Of a DNA stretch of 64,000 nucleotides, positions 10,643 through 22,000 are shown one piece after another. The stretch is taken from the NCBI GenBank assembly GCA_964248365.1, contig CAXTYC010000015.1:32001-96000 (forward strand), given 5' to 3'. The DNA is from an uncultured Chroococcidiopsis sp. GTDB lineage: Bacteria > Cyanobacteriota > Cyanobacteriia > Cyanobacteriales > Chroococcidiopsidaceae. Position 1 is the first letter of the stretch, and each line of letters starts with the position of its first letter. The notes under the pieces are model-generated. The model had not been told where the DNA came from. It worked only from the letters and a program-made list of their open reading frames with translations, and searched no databases. Made by a program: the position numbers and the translations under genes.

Positions 10643-10753
10643 GACGCGCAGACACTCGTACAAATAACACTCGTACAGCGAGCTAAAAGATTCGTGAAAC
10701 TTTTAGGGTTGCTATATTTGAAGTGAGCTTGTTTCATTTTGTCAACCCCTGGC

Positions 10754-13165
10754 TTAAGCTGACAGGATTTTTGAAGAAGTTGGTGATGGGATGATATGCT
10801 TACTTAGCAAAAGTGTTGTAGCAGCCTGGCTATCTACAGGTTTAGAGAATAAATATCCCTGTCCAAATTGACAATTTAGATCTTTAAGTTGAGCCAGATG
10901 TTTCACTGTTTCCACCCCTTCAGCAACTACACTCATTCCTAAGTTACTGGCAAGTGCCATAATAGCCCGAACAATCTCCAATTGTTCGATATCAGTATCG
11001 ATTTTGTTAATAAAAGAACGATCAATTTTTAATGTATGGGTAGGCAAACGGTACAAATAAGCTAAGGATGAATAACCTGTACCAAAGTCATCAATGGAAA
11101 ATTGAATGCCTAGAGCCTGAAGTTGCAAAAGCATAGCAGTTGCAGACTCGGTATTTTCCATAATTACACTTTCGGTAATTTCTAACTTTAAACTACTAGG
11201 CTCTAATTCTGTTTCCAGCAGAATTTGTTTAATTTGTGCTATCAAATTTGGTTGAGCAAATTGCTTAGCAGAAAGATTTATGCTCATTACTAAAGATGAA
11301 TATTCGGTAAATTGCAAATGCCAGAGGCGCAGCTGACGGCAAGCTTCTCTGAATACCCACCACCCAATTGGTACAATCAAACCAGTTTCTTCTGCTAAGG
11401 GAATAAACTCTGCTGGAGAAACTAAACCCCGTTGGGGGTGCTGCCAGCGAATTAATGCTTCAAATCCTGTAATTTTACCATTTTGTAATGAAACAATTGG
11501 CTGATAATATAGCTGAAATTCCCCGCGCTCAATTCCGCGTCGTAGGTCAGTTTCTAATTGTAAAAGCACAACTGCTCGCGTGTGCATAGTGGTGTCAAAT
11601 ACCTCATAGCGAGCTTTTCCTAATGTTTTTGCACGATACATCGCTATGTCAGCATCACGCAGCAGGTCTTCCGCGCACTCATAACCAATAGTACTAGAAG
11701 CAATACCAATGCTGGCTGAGGTGAATACTTCATGTCCATCTAGATAGAAGGGCATTGTTAATTCTTCTTGCAGCCGATCAGCAATATTGGTTGTAACACT
11801 AACGTCTTTAATATCTTCTAGCAGAATTGTGAACTCATCTCCCCCCAGACGGGCGACTGTATCACCAATCCGTAGGTGCTTCTCTAGTCGGCGGGCGATC
11901 GCAATTAACAACTGATCACCAACTGCATGACCAAGACTATCATTAATCAGCTTAAAGCGATCAAGATCCAAGAAAAGTACTGCAAATGAATAATTCCTAC
12001 GCCGCTTTCCCAGAGAAAGTGCATGGCTCAACCGCTCCATGAATAAGATTCGGTTAGGCAACCCTGTCAAGGCATCGTGTAAGGCATCATGCAATAATTT
12101 TTCTTCGGTATATTTTCGAGCGCTAATATCCGTCTGTAACCCAACTATGCGATAGGCTTTTCCTGATGCATCCCTCACTACAACGGCGCGGCTGAGCATC
12201 CAACGATAGGTTCTGCCTTTACATAGAATGCGGTATTCACTTTCAAATTGCACGCTTAGCTCAGCCAGATGGTTCAGAATTTCCATCTTTATTCGTTCAA
12301 CATCTCCCGGATGGATGCGACTGAACCAATCATCTAAAGTATTCCCAATCTCGCTTTCCTGATAGTCCAGCATTGATTTCCATCGCGGCGAAAAGTAAAC
12401 CTCGTTAGTTCTCAGGTTCCAGTCCCACAGCCCATCATTGATCCCTTGCATGGCAAGGGCATAGCGCTCTTCACTCTCTTGCAGTGCTGCTTCTATCTGC
12501 TTGCGCTGGGTTATATCAATTTCTATAAAAACTGCGGCTTGCTCCTGTGTGTATTTCTGAGCAATAATCAGGTGGCTACGACAATTAGCTTTATTTTGAG
12601 TATTAATTTCTAAAGAGCTTCTTGTTGCTGGTTTAGCAAAAAAATCTTTGACAAATTCGATCCTTTCTGGGCTGCTGTTGAGAAAGTCAATAGGCTGACC
12701 AATAAAATCTTCAGGACATAAATCGAAAGCTCTAGCTAGCTGGTGGTTGACTCCAAGATATTTTAAGTTTGAACTCACCCAATAAATCTGTGCAGGAACT
12801 GCATCCAGAACAGCTTTAAATTGCTCTGTTGCTTGTTCTTGAGTATCAACAGCGCCAACTTGAGGCATAGACCAGCAGGCGATCGCAAATCCAACAAAAG
12901 TTAAAGTAATTAACACTATTACAAATAACTGGGTGCTGGAATGACCAGAGACGCTATTTAGCCCAGTACTCAGATAACTAACAACAATAGTACTGCACAG
13001 CAAAAGCAGTAGGCTCAATACTTGAGGGTTTACAAAGTTAAAGGCAATGCTTGTCGCAGATCTAGTGTAATGCTGCCACCACCATTGAGGATGAAAGGAG
13101 GCAAAAAAATACTGATTGCAGGTTAGGCGTGCAGACGAAGGCTGATTTAGACCCAGATTCTCCAT
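10754..13165 (-). CDS. Membrane-anchored PAS-PAS-GGDEF-EAL diguanylate cyclase/phosphodiesterase
   Basis: Two N-terminal TM segments, PAS/PAC, RLGGDEF, GFEAL, DDFGTGYSSL. Confidence 0.95.
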   Translation of the reverse strand: MENLGLNQPSSARLTCNQYFFASFHPQWWWQHYTRSATSIAFNFVNPQVLSLLLLLCSTIVVSYLSTGLNSVSGHSSTQLFVIVLITLTFVGFAIACWSMPQVGAVDTQEQATEQFKAVLDAVPAQIYWVSSNLKYLGVNHQLARAFDLCPEDFIGQPIDFLNSSPERIEFVKDFFAKPATRSSLEINTQNKANCRSHLIIAQKYTQEQAAVFIEIDITQRKQIEAALQESEERYALAMQGINDGLWDWNLRTNEVYFSPRWKSMLDYQESEIGNTLDDWFSRIHPGDVERIKMEILNHLAELSVQFESEYRILCKGRTYRWMLSRAVVVRDASGKAYRIVGLQTDISARKYTEEKLLHDALHDALTGLPNRILFMERLSHALSLGKRRRNYSFAVLFLDLDRFKLINDSLGHAVGDQLLIAIARRLEKHLRIGDTVARLGGDEFTILLEDIKDVSVTTNIADRLQEELTMPFYLDGHEVFTSASIGIASSTIGYECAEDLLRDADIAMYRAKTLGKARYEVFDTTMHTRAVVLLQLETDLRRGIERGEFQLYYQPIVSLQNGKITGFEALIRWQHPQRGLVSPAEFIPLAEETGLIVPIGWWVFREACRQLRLWHLQFTEYSSLVMSINLSAKQFAQPNLIAQIKQILLETELEPSSLKLEITESVIMENTESATAMLLQLQALGIQFSIDDFGTGYSSLAYLYRLPTHTLKIDRSFINKIDTDIEQLEIVRAIMALASNLGMSVVAEGVETVKHLAQLKDLNCQFGQGYLFSKPVDSQAATTLLLSKHIIPSPTSSKILSA

Positions 13166-13902
13166 ATCAATTAGCTATACATCCTGAACTAAAAATTTTT
13201 GCTAAGTATTCCTGCTGGTATCAAATCTCTAAAGCTTTTAAAGCAGATATATTTGTATCCAAAACTTAATTAACTCTCTAAAATATGAATATGACTAAGT
13301 TTTACTTAATAAAAACCATTATTTTTTTTATTCACTGAATCTTTATTAAGATATTGCTCTAATTATTTTTTACTTAAATTTAAGTATTTTCTCCCAGTTT
13401 TTATTTCCAAAGCTATATTCAAGCAAAATTATTTTGTTGATTAGCTTGCTAAAATATCGAATCATATTTCTGTTGCTATAGCCTACTCTAGCAAAGTCCT
13501 CTACCAGTCTCTTGTCAACTCTTTCATTAGTTTTTTAGAAACTATCAATGTTACCTTACTGCTCCAGGGGCTTAGGTAATGCTACTCTACGAATTACATT
13601 AACATAACAATTTATATTAAATATATATCTCACCCTAAAAACAACCGAAAAAATACTTAAATTAAAACTTAAACTTCAAATCTTCAATTGCTAACGGTTT
13701 AAATGATAATTTAATAAAATAGCTTGTTTATTGCAGGTACTTAATGGAATATTAGTAACATACGACAGATAAGTTTAATCGTGTTTTTCACGTCTTTAAC
13801 CTGTAACAATACTGCTTAGTTATTGCAATTAATATAATAAAAACTAAATAAAACTTATTAACTGAAGCATTATATTTTTGAAATTCTTGAAAGAAGAAGC
13901 AG

Positions 13903-15678
13903 ATGATTGAAATTAATCTCAAGAAAATTGTCAGCAAGAAAGAAGTAATTGCCGTTTTGAATTACCTTGCCGAGGAAACAGGGGCTGCCATTCAGATTGA
14001 GGATGCAGCAGGTAAAAAACTAATCGGAGCGAACAGCGAGAATTTTACCCATAAATACCCGATAGAACTTTCAGACAAAGTGATTGGTTGGGTGCTTGGC
14101 GAGGAAAAAGTTGTCGTTGCTGCTAGCCTTATTTCCTACCTGGTAAAACAGGAGTTTGAGAAGAAGGCACTTACCAACGAATTACTAGATAAGTACCGAG
14201 AGATCACCCTACTTCATAATATTGCTACTCAAATTACTGGCAGTTTGGACTTGAAAGAGGTTGCCCAATTAGTAATTGAGGGGGTGGGGAAACTGATTGA
14301 GTCAACGGGAGGTTCAATTTTACTACTCAATCAAAAAACAAATCAGCTGGAGCCACTCTCGACATTTGGGCAAGCTTTTCCTTCCCAGGAACCTCTGAAA
14401 TTGGGAGAGGGAATTATTGGCAGCATTGCTCAAACAGGCAAGGGTGAGATTGTCAATGATGTTTTCTCTGATCTCAGGTTTACTCATTATCAAGAACTAG
14501 TCAACTCTTTCATTTGTGTACCGCTAAAGACGAAGGAGCAAATGATTGGGGTGATATTCCTTTGGAGCCATTGTACAAATGACAATAATAGTCAAAGCTC
14601 GATTACCTACACTTCCGAAGATCTGAAAATTTTGACCATGTTTGCGTTCCATGCGGCGGTAGCAATTGAAAATGCTCTGCTTTATGAGCAAACTTGTGCC
14701 GCAGCTACGGTTGCACAGGCTCAGGCACAGCAACTACAGCAAGCCCTATACGAGTTGCAACACACTCAAGCTCACCTAATTCAGAGTGAGAAGATGTCTA
14801 GCTTGGGAGAGCTTGTGGCAGGAATTGCCAATGAAATCAATAATCCAATCAACTTTATTCATGGAAATCTTACCTACGTTAGTCACTATGCCCAGAATCT
14901 GTTGACTTTGGTTAACCACTACCAGCAGTGCCACTCTACGGGTGATCCCAAAGTTAAGTCATTGTTGCAAGACATAGACATTGAATTTCTCACCGAGGAT
15001 TTACCTAAGACTTTAACTTCTATGAAAGTTGACGTAGAGCGCATTCGCAAGATCGTGCTTTCGCTGCGAAACCTCTCTCGCTCTGATGAGGTTGAGATGA
15101 AACCTGTCAATATCCACGAGGGTATCGATAGCACCCTGCTAATCTTGGAGAGCCGCCTGAAGCCAATGGGCAAGCATTCTGGCATTCGGATAGTGAAAAA
15201 TTACAGCAAACTGCCTCTGGTGGAATGCTATGCCAGTCAAATAAATCAGGTGTTTATGAATATCCTTGCTAATGCGATCGATGCCCTAGAGAATCAGACA
15301 GAACCAGGCATCATCACGATCCATACAGAAGTGAGGGAAGAATTGTCTCCTGACTTGCTACTTCCTACTACCTATGTAGTAATACGTATTCAAGACAACG
15401 GTTCTGGAATCAATCAAGAGATGCTTGCCCGCCTGTTTGATCCCTTCTTTACCACGAAGGCGCAAGGCAAGGGCGCGGGGCTAGGGCTTTCTATTAGTCA
15501 TCAGATTATCGAGAAGCATGGTGGGGCTCTAAAATGCCTATCCCAACCTGGGCAAGGGGCTATCTTTTCGATTCATATTCCAGTCAAGCCAACAATTATG
15601 TTGCAACCTATATTTCATTCTTCTACTGGCACAACAGGAATTTTTAACTCAAAGCGATCGCTTGCCCAGGTTGCCTGA
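13903..15678 (+). CDS. GAF-domain sensor histidine kinase; phosphoacceptor His replaced by Asn
   Basis: GAF, SEKMSSLGELVAGIANEINNP (canonical AHEINNP), N box NILANAIDA, DNGSG, FFTTK, GKGAGLGL. Confidence 0.88.
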   Translation: MIEINLKKIVSKKEVIAVLNYLAEETGAAIQIEDAAGKKLIGANSENFTHKYPIELSDKVIGWVLGEEKVVVAASLISYLVKQEFEKKALTNELLDKYREITLLHNIATQITGSLDLKEVAQLVIEGVGKLIESTGGSILLLNQKTNQLEPLSTFGQAFPSQEPLKLGEGIIGSIAQTGKGEIVNDVFSDLRFTHYQELVNSFICVPLKTKEQMIGVIFLWSHCTNDNNSQSSITYTSEDLKILTMFAFHAAVAIENALLYEQTCAAATVAQAQAQQLQQALYELQHTQAHLIQSEKMSSLGELVAGIANEINNPINFIHGNLTYVSHYAQNLLTLVNHYQQCHSTGDPKVKSLLQDIDIEFLTEDLPKTLTSMKVDVERIRKIVLSLRNLSRSDEVEMKPVNIHEGIDSTLLILESRLKPMGKHSGIRIVKNYSKLPLVECYASQINQVFMNILANAIDALENQTEPGIITIHTEVREELSPDLLLPTTYVVIRIQDNGSGINQEMLARLFDPFFTTKAQGKGAGLGLSISHQIIEKHGGALKCLSQPGQGAIFSIHIPVKPTIMLQPIFHSSTGTTGIFNSKRSLAQVA

Positions 15679-15761
15679 AGCAAAAATCGTAGGTTTTCAG
15701 TAGAAGAGCGCTTTGTGCTGATTGTGATTGCTTATTCCCGATTCAAATAAGGTAAAAAATA

Positions 15762-18700
15762 ATGCTGAACAATTTAGAATCTACATCTATTCATCAATTG
15801 GTAGAGTCCCAAGCTTTACAAACCCCTGATGCTGTAGCGGTGATCTTTGGTCAGGAGCAACTGACCTACCGCGAACTCAACCAAAAAGCTAATCAATTAG
15901 CGCATTATCTACAAACTCTAAATGTAGGACCTGAAGTGCTAGTTGGAGTTTGTCTAGAGCGAAGTCTCTCAATGTTGATTGGGCTGTTAGGGGTTCTCAA
16001 AGCAGGTGGAGCTTATGTACCGCTAGATCCCTCCTTTCCCCAAGAAAGGTTAGCTTTCATGCTGGAGGACTCAGAAGTTCCAGTTCTGCTAACCCAACAA
16101 CATTTGCTTGAGATTTTGCCAGAGCGTGAAGGATTAAAAATTGTATGCATAGATACAGACTGGCAGGCAATAACTCAGCACACAGAAGAGAATCTTGACA
16201 GCCCAGTTAGCCCCGAAAACCTAGCCTACACTATTTATACTTCAGGCTCAACTGGCAAACCGAAAGGTGTGCAGATCGTCCATCGTGCTGTTGTTAACCT
16301 GCTTAAGTCTATGCAACAAGAGCCAGGACTCACCCAGTCAGATATTTTCCTGGGAATTACTACGATTTCCTTTGATATGTCAGTCCCAGAACTCTACTTA
16401 CCCCTGATAGTAGGTGCGCGAATTGTTCTAGTTAGACGAGAAGCGGGGAGCGATCCTGCCCAATTATCCAAGATTTTATCTGAATCTGGCGCTACCGTCA
16501 TGCAAGCTACGCCAGCAACTTGGCAACTTTTGCTCAGCGCAGGCTGGAAAGGAAATAAACAGCTAAAAATGCTGTGCGGCGGGGAAGCAATGACGCGATC
16601 GCTAGCCGATCAACTGCTCGAAAAAGGTGGCTCTGTTTGGCAGATGTACGGACCTACTGAAACGACTGTCTGGTCAGCAGTCTATCAAGTAAAGCCTGGA
16701 ATCAATCCTGTACCAATTGGTTATCCGATTGCAAATACGCAAATCTATCTCATACATGGACCAGCACGTAGGAAAGATGACTTATTACAACCTGTTCGGG
16801 TGGGAGAGCCTGGAGAAGTCTACATTGGTGGGGTAGGACTTGCTCGCGGTTATCTAAACCGTCCTGAACTCACGAGCGAAAGATTCATTCACGACCCCTT
16901 CAGTGACGATCCTGACGCACGCCTTTACAAGACTGGGGATTTAGCTCGTTACTTACCAGATGGCAGCATTGAGTTCATCGGTCGTATTGACTATCAAGTT
17001 AAAATTCGTGGTTTCCGAGTTGAGTTGGGAGACATTGAGGCAGCGCTGAGTCAATATCCAGTAGTCACAGAGGCTGCTGTTGTTGCCAAAGAAGATGCTT
17101 CTGGTAGTAAATGTCTAGTTGCATATATTGTTCCAAAGCTAGAGCCATCTGAGAAAAAAAACCTGGTTCCACAGCTGCGCGTATTTCTGAAGGAAAAACT
17201 CCCCAACTACATGGTTCCTTCAGTATTTGTTGTGATGGAATCCTTGCCCCTAACTCCTAGTGGTAAGATTGATCGGCGATCGCTCCCCGATCCGAAAAAC
17301 AGCAGAAAGAGTTTAGCAGAGGTATTTATTGCACCTTCTACCCCAATGGAGAAGCAATTAGCCCAGATTTGGTCGCAGGTTTTAGGCATTGAGGAAATAG
17401 GTATCTATGACAATTTCTTTGAGCTTGGAGGACATTCGCTCTTATCGGTTCAATTACTTTCTCAGGTAAGAGAAGCGTTTCAGGTAGATGTGCCTCTGTT
17501 TTACCTTCTTAAGGAACCAACCATAGCAGGACTGATCGAAGCGATTAATGTAGTTCAGAACTTAAGTTCTGCGGCTGTAGACAAGGAAACTGAGATAGAC
17601 TTACAAGCCGATGTTGTCCTCGACCCCACGATTAGTCCTAAGACTCCTGACGTTCAGCCTACAACAGAGCCAAAGCATATCTTTTTGACTGGAGCAACTG
17701 GTTTTCTCGGTGCTTTCTTACTACACGAGCTTCTAGAGAAAACTGGGGCAACCATCCACTGTCTAGTTCGTTCCAGAAGCCTTGAGGAAGCGGGGCAGAG
17801 AATTCAAAGTAATCTAGAACGCTACTTACTTTGGAATGAACAGTTAAGTTCCAGAATCATTCCAGTATTAGGGGATCTAACGCAACCCTTGTTAGGACTT
17901 AGTGACCAAGAGTTTTCTAAGTTGGCACTGAAGCTCGATTCAATCTATCACAATGGTGCATTCGTTAATATGGTTTATCCATACTCTGAACTTCGAGCAG
18001 CTAATGTACTGGGTACTGGGGAAGTTTTAAAATTAGCCAGTCTTGTCAAAGTTACTCCCGTCCATTTCATCTCTACTCTTGATATCTTCCAATCATCTTT
18101 CTACTCTAAGATGGATGTCATTCCTGAAAATGTTGACCTCGTCTATAGTGAAGATTATTACAATGGATACGCTCCAAGTAAATGGGTAGCTGAAAAGTTG
18201 ATGACGGCTGCACGAGAGAGGGGGATTCCTGTCTGTATTTATCGGTTAGGAATGGTGACAGGTCATAGCTATACAGGGGTTTCTCAAACAAATGATTTAA
18301 TGTGCAGATTGATCAAGGGCATGATTCAAATGGAAAGTGCGCCCCAGTTGGATCGTATGATTAACATGACTCCAGTAGACTACGTGAGCGGGGCGATCGT
18401 TCACTTATCGATGCAGCCAGAATCAATAGGGAAAGCTTTTCACCTGAACAATTCCCATCCCTTACACTTGAGCGAATTTGTTAGTGAGATCCGCGCTCTG
18501 GGCTATCCCATTGAGCAGATTCCTTACGATGAGTGGCTTTCACAGCTACTACAGCCTGATTTTTCGCGGGAAAATGTTTTGCGTCCGCTGTCTTTTCTAC
18601 TAACTAAGAGGTTTGAACAACAACTGTCCTATCTAGAGATATCCTTGCTAGCATCCCAGACATTCGATTGCCAGAACACAATCGACGGGCTTATAGGGAC

Positions 18701-18875
18701 ATCTATTGTTTGTCCACCAGTCGATGCCCAACTGTTGAATGTTTACTTTTCCTATTTCAGTCGTAGTGGTTTTCTACAACCTCCTTTAGTGGATGTTAAG
18801 GAAAGCTTCGTATTCGACCAGATACTAGAAGCTAAGACTAAGTTACAGCTACTAGTAGGCAGCGGGCAAAAATAA
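15762..18875 (+). CDS. Stand-alone NRPS-like enzyme: adenylation-PCP-thioester reductase (A-T-R)
   Basis: YTSGSTGKPKG, YGPTE, YKTGDL, GRIDYQVKIRG, PCP FFELGGHSL, reductase TGATGFLG and YAPSKWVAE; no condensation domain. Confidence 0.93.
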   Translation: MLNNLESTSIHQLVESQALQTPDAVAVIFGQEQLTYRELNQKANQLAHYLQTLNVGPEVLVGVCLERSLSMLIGLLGVLKAGGAYVPLDPSFPQERLAFMLEDSEVPVLLTQQHLLEILPEREGLKIVCIDTDWQAITQHTEENLDSPVSPENLAYTIYTSGSTGKPKGVQIVHRAVVNLLKSMQQEPGLTQSDIFLGITTISFDMSVPELYLPLIVGARIVLVRREAGSDPAQLSKILSESGATVMQATPATWQLLLSAGWKGNKQLKMLCGGEAMTRSLADQLLEKGGSVWQMYGPTETTVWSAVYQVKPGINPVPIGYPIANTQIYLIHGPARRKDDLLQPVRVGEPGEVYIGGVGLARGYLNRPELTSERFIHDPFSDDPDARLYKTGDLARYLPDGSIEFIGRIDYQVKIRGFRVELGDIEAALSQYPVVTEAAVVAKEDASGSKCLVAYIVPKLEPSEKKNLVPQLRVFLKEKLPNYMVPSVFVVMESLPLTPSGKIDRRSLPDPKNSRKSLAEVFIAPSTPMEKQLAQIWSQVLGIEEIGIYDNFFELGGHSLLSVQLLSQVREAFQVDVPLFYLLKEPTIAGLIEAINVVQNLSSAAVDKETEIDLQADVVLDPTISPKTPDVQPTTEPKHIFLTGATGFLGAFLLHELLEKTGATIHCLVRSRSLEEAGQRIQSNLERYLLWNEQLSSRIIPVLGDLTQPLLGLSDQEFSKLALKLDSIYHNGAFVNMVYPYSELRAANVLGTGEVLKLASLVKVTPVHFISTLDIFQSSFYSKMDVIPENVDLVYSEDYYNGYAPSKWVAEKLMTAARERGIPVCIYRLGMVTGHSYTGVSQTNDLMCRLIKGMIQMESAPQLDRMINMTPVDYVSGAIVHLSMQPESIGKAFHLNNSHPLHLSEFVSEIRALGYPIEQIPYDEWLSQLLQPDFSRENVLRPLSFLLTKRFEQQLSYLEISLLASQTFDCQNTIDGLIGTSIVCPPVDAQLLNVYFSYFSRSGFLQPPLVDVKESFVFDQILEAKTKLQLLVGSGQK

Positions 18876-19010
18876 CTTGAACAATTTCACATTCATCTAA
18901 AAGGGCTAGCCTAACTGAAGTTCCAAAACTAAAGGGATTTAGTTATAAAGAGAGTTAGCTAAATTTTTTGGGAATTCTAGGTACTAGTAGTCTAATTATT
19001 AGTGCCAAAT

Positions 19011-22000
19011 ATGAAGAGTACTCAGGCAGGCGTAACTTCAGCGCCCCATCTTCCTCGCACTCTCAACCCTTTGGAAACCTATGGCTTTGGACTAGCAGGA
19101 CCTCCTGGCTGGACAGGTGTAGTTGGGCTAATCCATGCGGCGCTAGCTTCACAAGCTATTTTTGTCTGGATTCCAGTGACATTGATTGGGGTGTTAATCA
19201 ACTACCAAGTGAAGCGTCTGGGGATGTCTCAGGTAGACGTAGCTGGGGGTACACCTAACTACATTTCCAGGTTGCTCAATCGTTACCCAATTGTTGCTCG
19301 CTATGCTGCAATTGGGTATCTGCTCAATTGGGTTTCAAGTATATCACTAAATGCCATTATCCTCACCGACTTGGTTCAGGGCAATCTTGAGGTATTTGGC
19401 ATTACGCTGCCCACAATGTTCGTGCGCGTCGGTTTTATGCTGTTGCCCTTTATATTGGCACTTAGTGGCACCCGTGCCTTAAGCATCCTGCTCTTATTTT
19501 TTATTCTTCCATCTATTGGGCTGCTCGTGGTATTCAGTCTACAGGGGCTGGGCTGGCTAGCACTGTCTCCAGATAGTCCTGGCTTTTTTCCCACGAGTTG
19601 GGGTGAGTTTAACTTTGCTTCCTGGGCAAAGTGGTTCTTTTTCGCAACCTTTGTTACCTACAGTAGTGAAACCGCCTCATCGTTTGTTGCCGATAGTCGC
19701 CGCCCTGTTGAAACCCTTCGCTTCCTAGACTTTGCTGCCTGGACGGGTGCAATCATCTTTATTGGTGGGGCTTGGGTAGTAATGCGATTAGCTCCTGGTG
19801 CAGCTTTAGGTTCAAGTAATTCAGACGATCCGTTTCTAAATCTAGTGGCTGCTTCCAAACCCTTTTGGGGTCAATCTGCATCACTGATTGTCACCTTCTT
19901 ACTAGGATCTTCTTGCCTGCTTACTATTGCAACGGCTGTTTCCAACTGTCCCCGAATCTTGTATCAGCTTGCCCTGGATAAGCATCTCGCACCAGTTTTT
20001 AGCGTTGTGTCACGGCAGGGAGTATTTGGTCCCGCATTAACCTTAGTTTTCGGGCTGGCAATGTTCTTTCTCCTTTGGGGAGATGTTGCCCATATTGTGG
20101 TTGTCGGTAATGTAAGCTGGTTCGTGTCCTTCACACTGCTGCATTTATCTGTCTGGTTACAACGAGGTAGAGCGGAGGTTCTGGCTCCGCGATTATCCTT
20201 GGGCATTTTTCTATTGGAAGTAATTGTCCTGTTCGTGGGTGGAATAGCTTGGGAGTGGCAATACTTTTTGATTGGGTTGCTTGCTCCGGTTGGGATTTTG
20301 ACGATTGATGCTGCCATCCGACGTATTCGATTTGCTCCCTTTCGCCCAACTTGGTGGATACAGCGATATAAAGCAAATACTTCGATCAGGATCAAAGACC
20401 TACTAATTTTCCAAGTCACTGTCCTGATCGTTTTGATCTGTGGAGCAGTTTTGATTGGTTGGGGGTTTAGATCGCTTTTAAATTCAGGTACAGCTGAGCA
20501 ATCTAACAACCTCATTCTTGTACTGATGATGATCGTTGCATTTATAGGAGTGGCGATCGCCTGCTGGACTACTTTGCCCCAGGTATTTGAGCTAGAACTC
20601 CGAGTCGAGGAGCGTACTGCCTATTTAAGTGCCATCATTGATAACTTAGCAGACGGTCTACTGGTGGTTGACCTAAATGGCAAGATTGTTCGCACGAATC
20701 CGGTTCTATTCACACTATTTGGTTTTGAAAACACCGAGTTGAGCGATCACAATTTTGAGATTGTGTTCAATCGCAAAGTTGTAGAACTAGTGGAACAGAC
20801 CCGCAAATCTCCAGAAAAAGTCTTTGTTGCGGAAATTGCCCTGACAGGTGAAAAAACGGGTAAGGCAGTGGCAACTGCCATTATGAGAAATTCGAGTTTT
20901 GCAAATGACAAAAATCAACACAATCAGTCTATTGGTTCAGTGCTGCTAATTCGAGATATCACATCTGATAAAGAAGTGGATCAGATGAAGACTGATTTTA
21001 TCTCCACAGTCTCGCACGAATTGAGAACGCCGCTAACTTCCGTACTAGGTTTTGCCAAGATTATTAAGAAAAAACTGGATGAGACAATATTTCCACTACT
21101 AAGCCCTGATGATAAGAAAGTTCAGCGCAATATACGGCAAGTAGGAGACAATATCAACATTATCTTATCAGAAGGCATCAGGCTGACCGATTTGATCAAC
21201 GATGTTCTAGACATCGCTAAGATGGAGGCAGGCAAGATTGAATGGAAAATGGAACCGCTGCAGATAACTGAGGTTGTAGAACGGGCGATCGCTGCTACCT
21301 CTGCTCTATTCCAACAGAAAGACCTAAAATTGATTCAGGAAATCGAACCAGGGTTGCCCTCTGTTATGGGCGATCGCGATCGATTGATCCAAGTAGTCAT
21401 TAACCTGATCTCCAATGCGGTGAAGTTTACTGACAATGGCTCAGTTACTTGCACAGTGGGTAAAGATGACAACACAATTACCGTTAGCATAATTGACGCG
21501 GGTATAGGTATTGCCTCGTCTGACCTAGACAAGGTATTTGAGAAATTCAAGCAGGTTGGTGATACACTCACTGACAAACCCAAAGGCACTGGTTTAGGGC
21601 TACCTATCTGTAAACAAATTGTGGAACATCATGGGGGTAGAATTTGGGTTGAAAGCGAACTGGGCAAGGGTAGTAATTTCTCCTTTACCTTACCGATAAG
21701 TACTGCTTGCGAAATGAAGATCAAGACCTTAGATATGGATACTTTGGTCAAGCAGCTGCGGGAACACGTAGTCATAAACTCATCTGTTTCGGCAGCCCGT
21801 CAGAAAAATATTTTAGTGGTGGATGACGATGCCAATATCCGGCAACTGCTGCGGCAACAACTAGAAGCTGAAGGCTACATAATCAGAGAAGCAAAGGACG
21901 GGATAGAGGCGATCGCACAGGTTAAAAAATCCGTCCCCGATTTGATTATTCTAGATGTGATGATGCCTGAAATGAGCGGCTTTGATGTTGCTGCTGTACT

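Noticed and set aside
15762..18875. Mycosporine (MysE) or heterocyst glycolipid (HglB/HetM) assignment
   Set aside because: MysE-type enzymes end in a thioesterase and sit with mysABC; HglB lacks an adenylation domain; neither context is present
19964..20515. 183-aa minus-strand ORF and similar nested ORFs elsewhere (e.g. 3490-3909, 31639-32091, 51906-52337)
   Set aside because: Antisense shadows of well-supported genes
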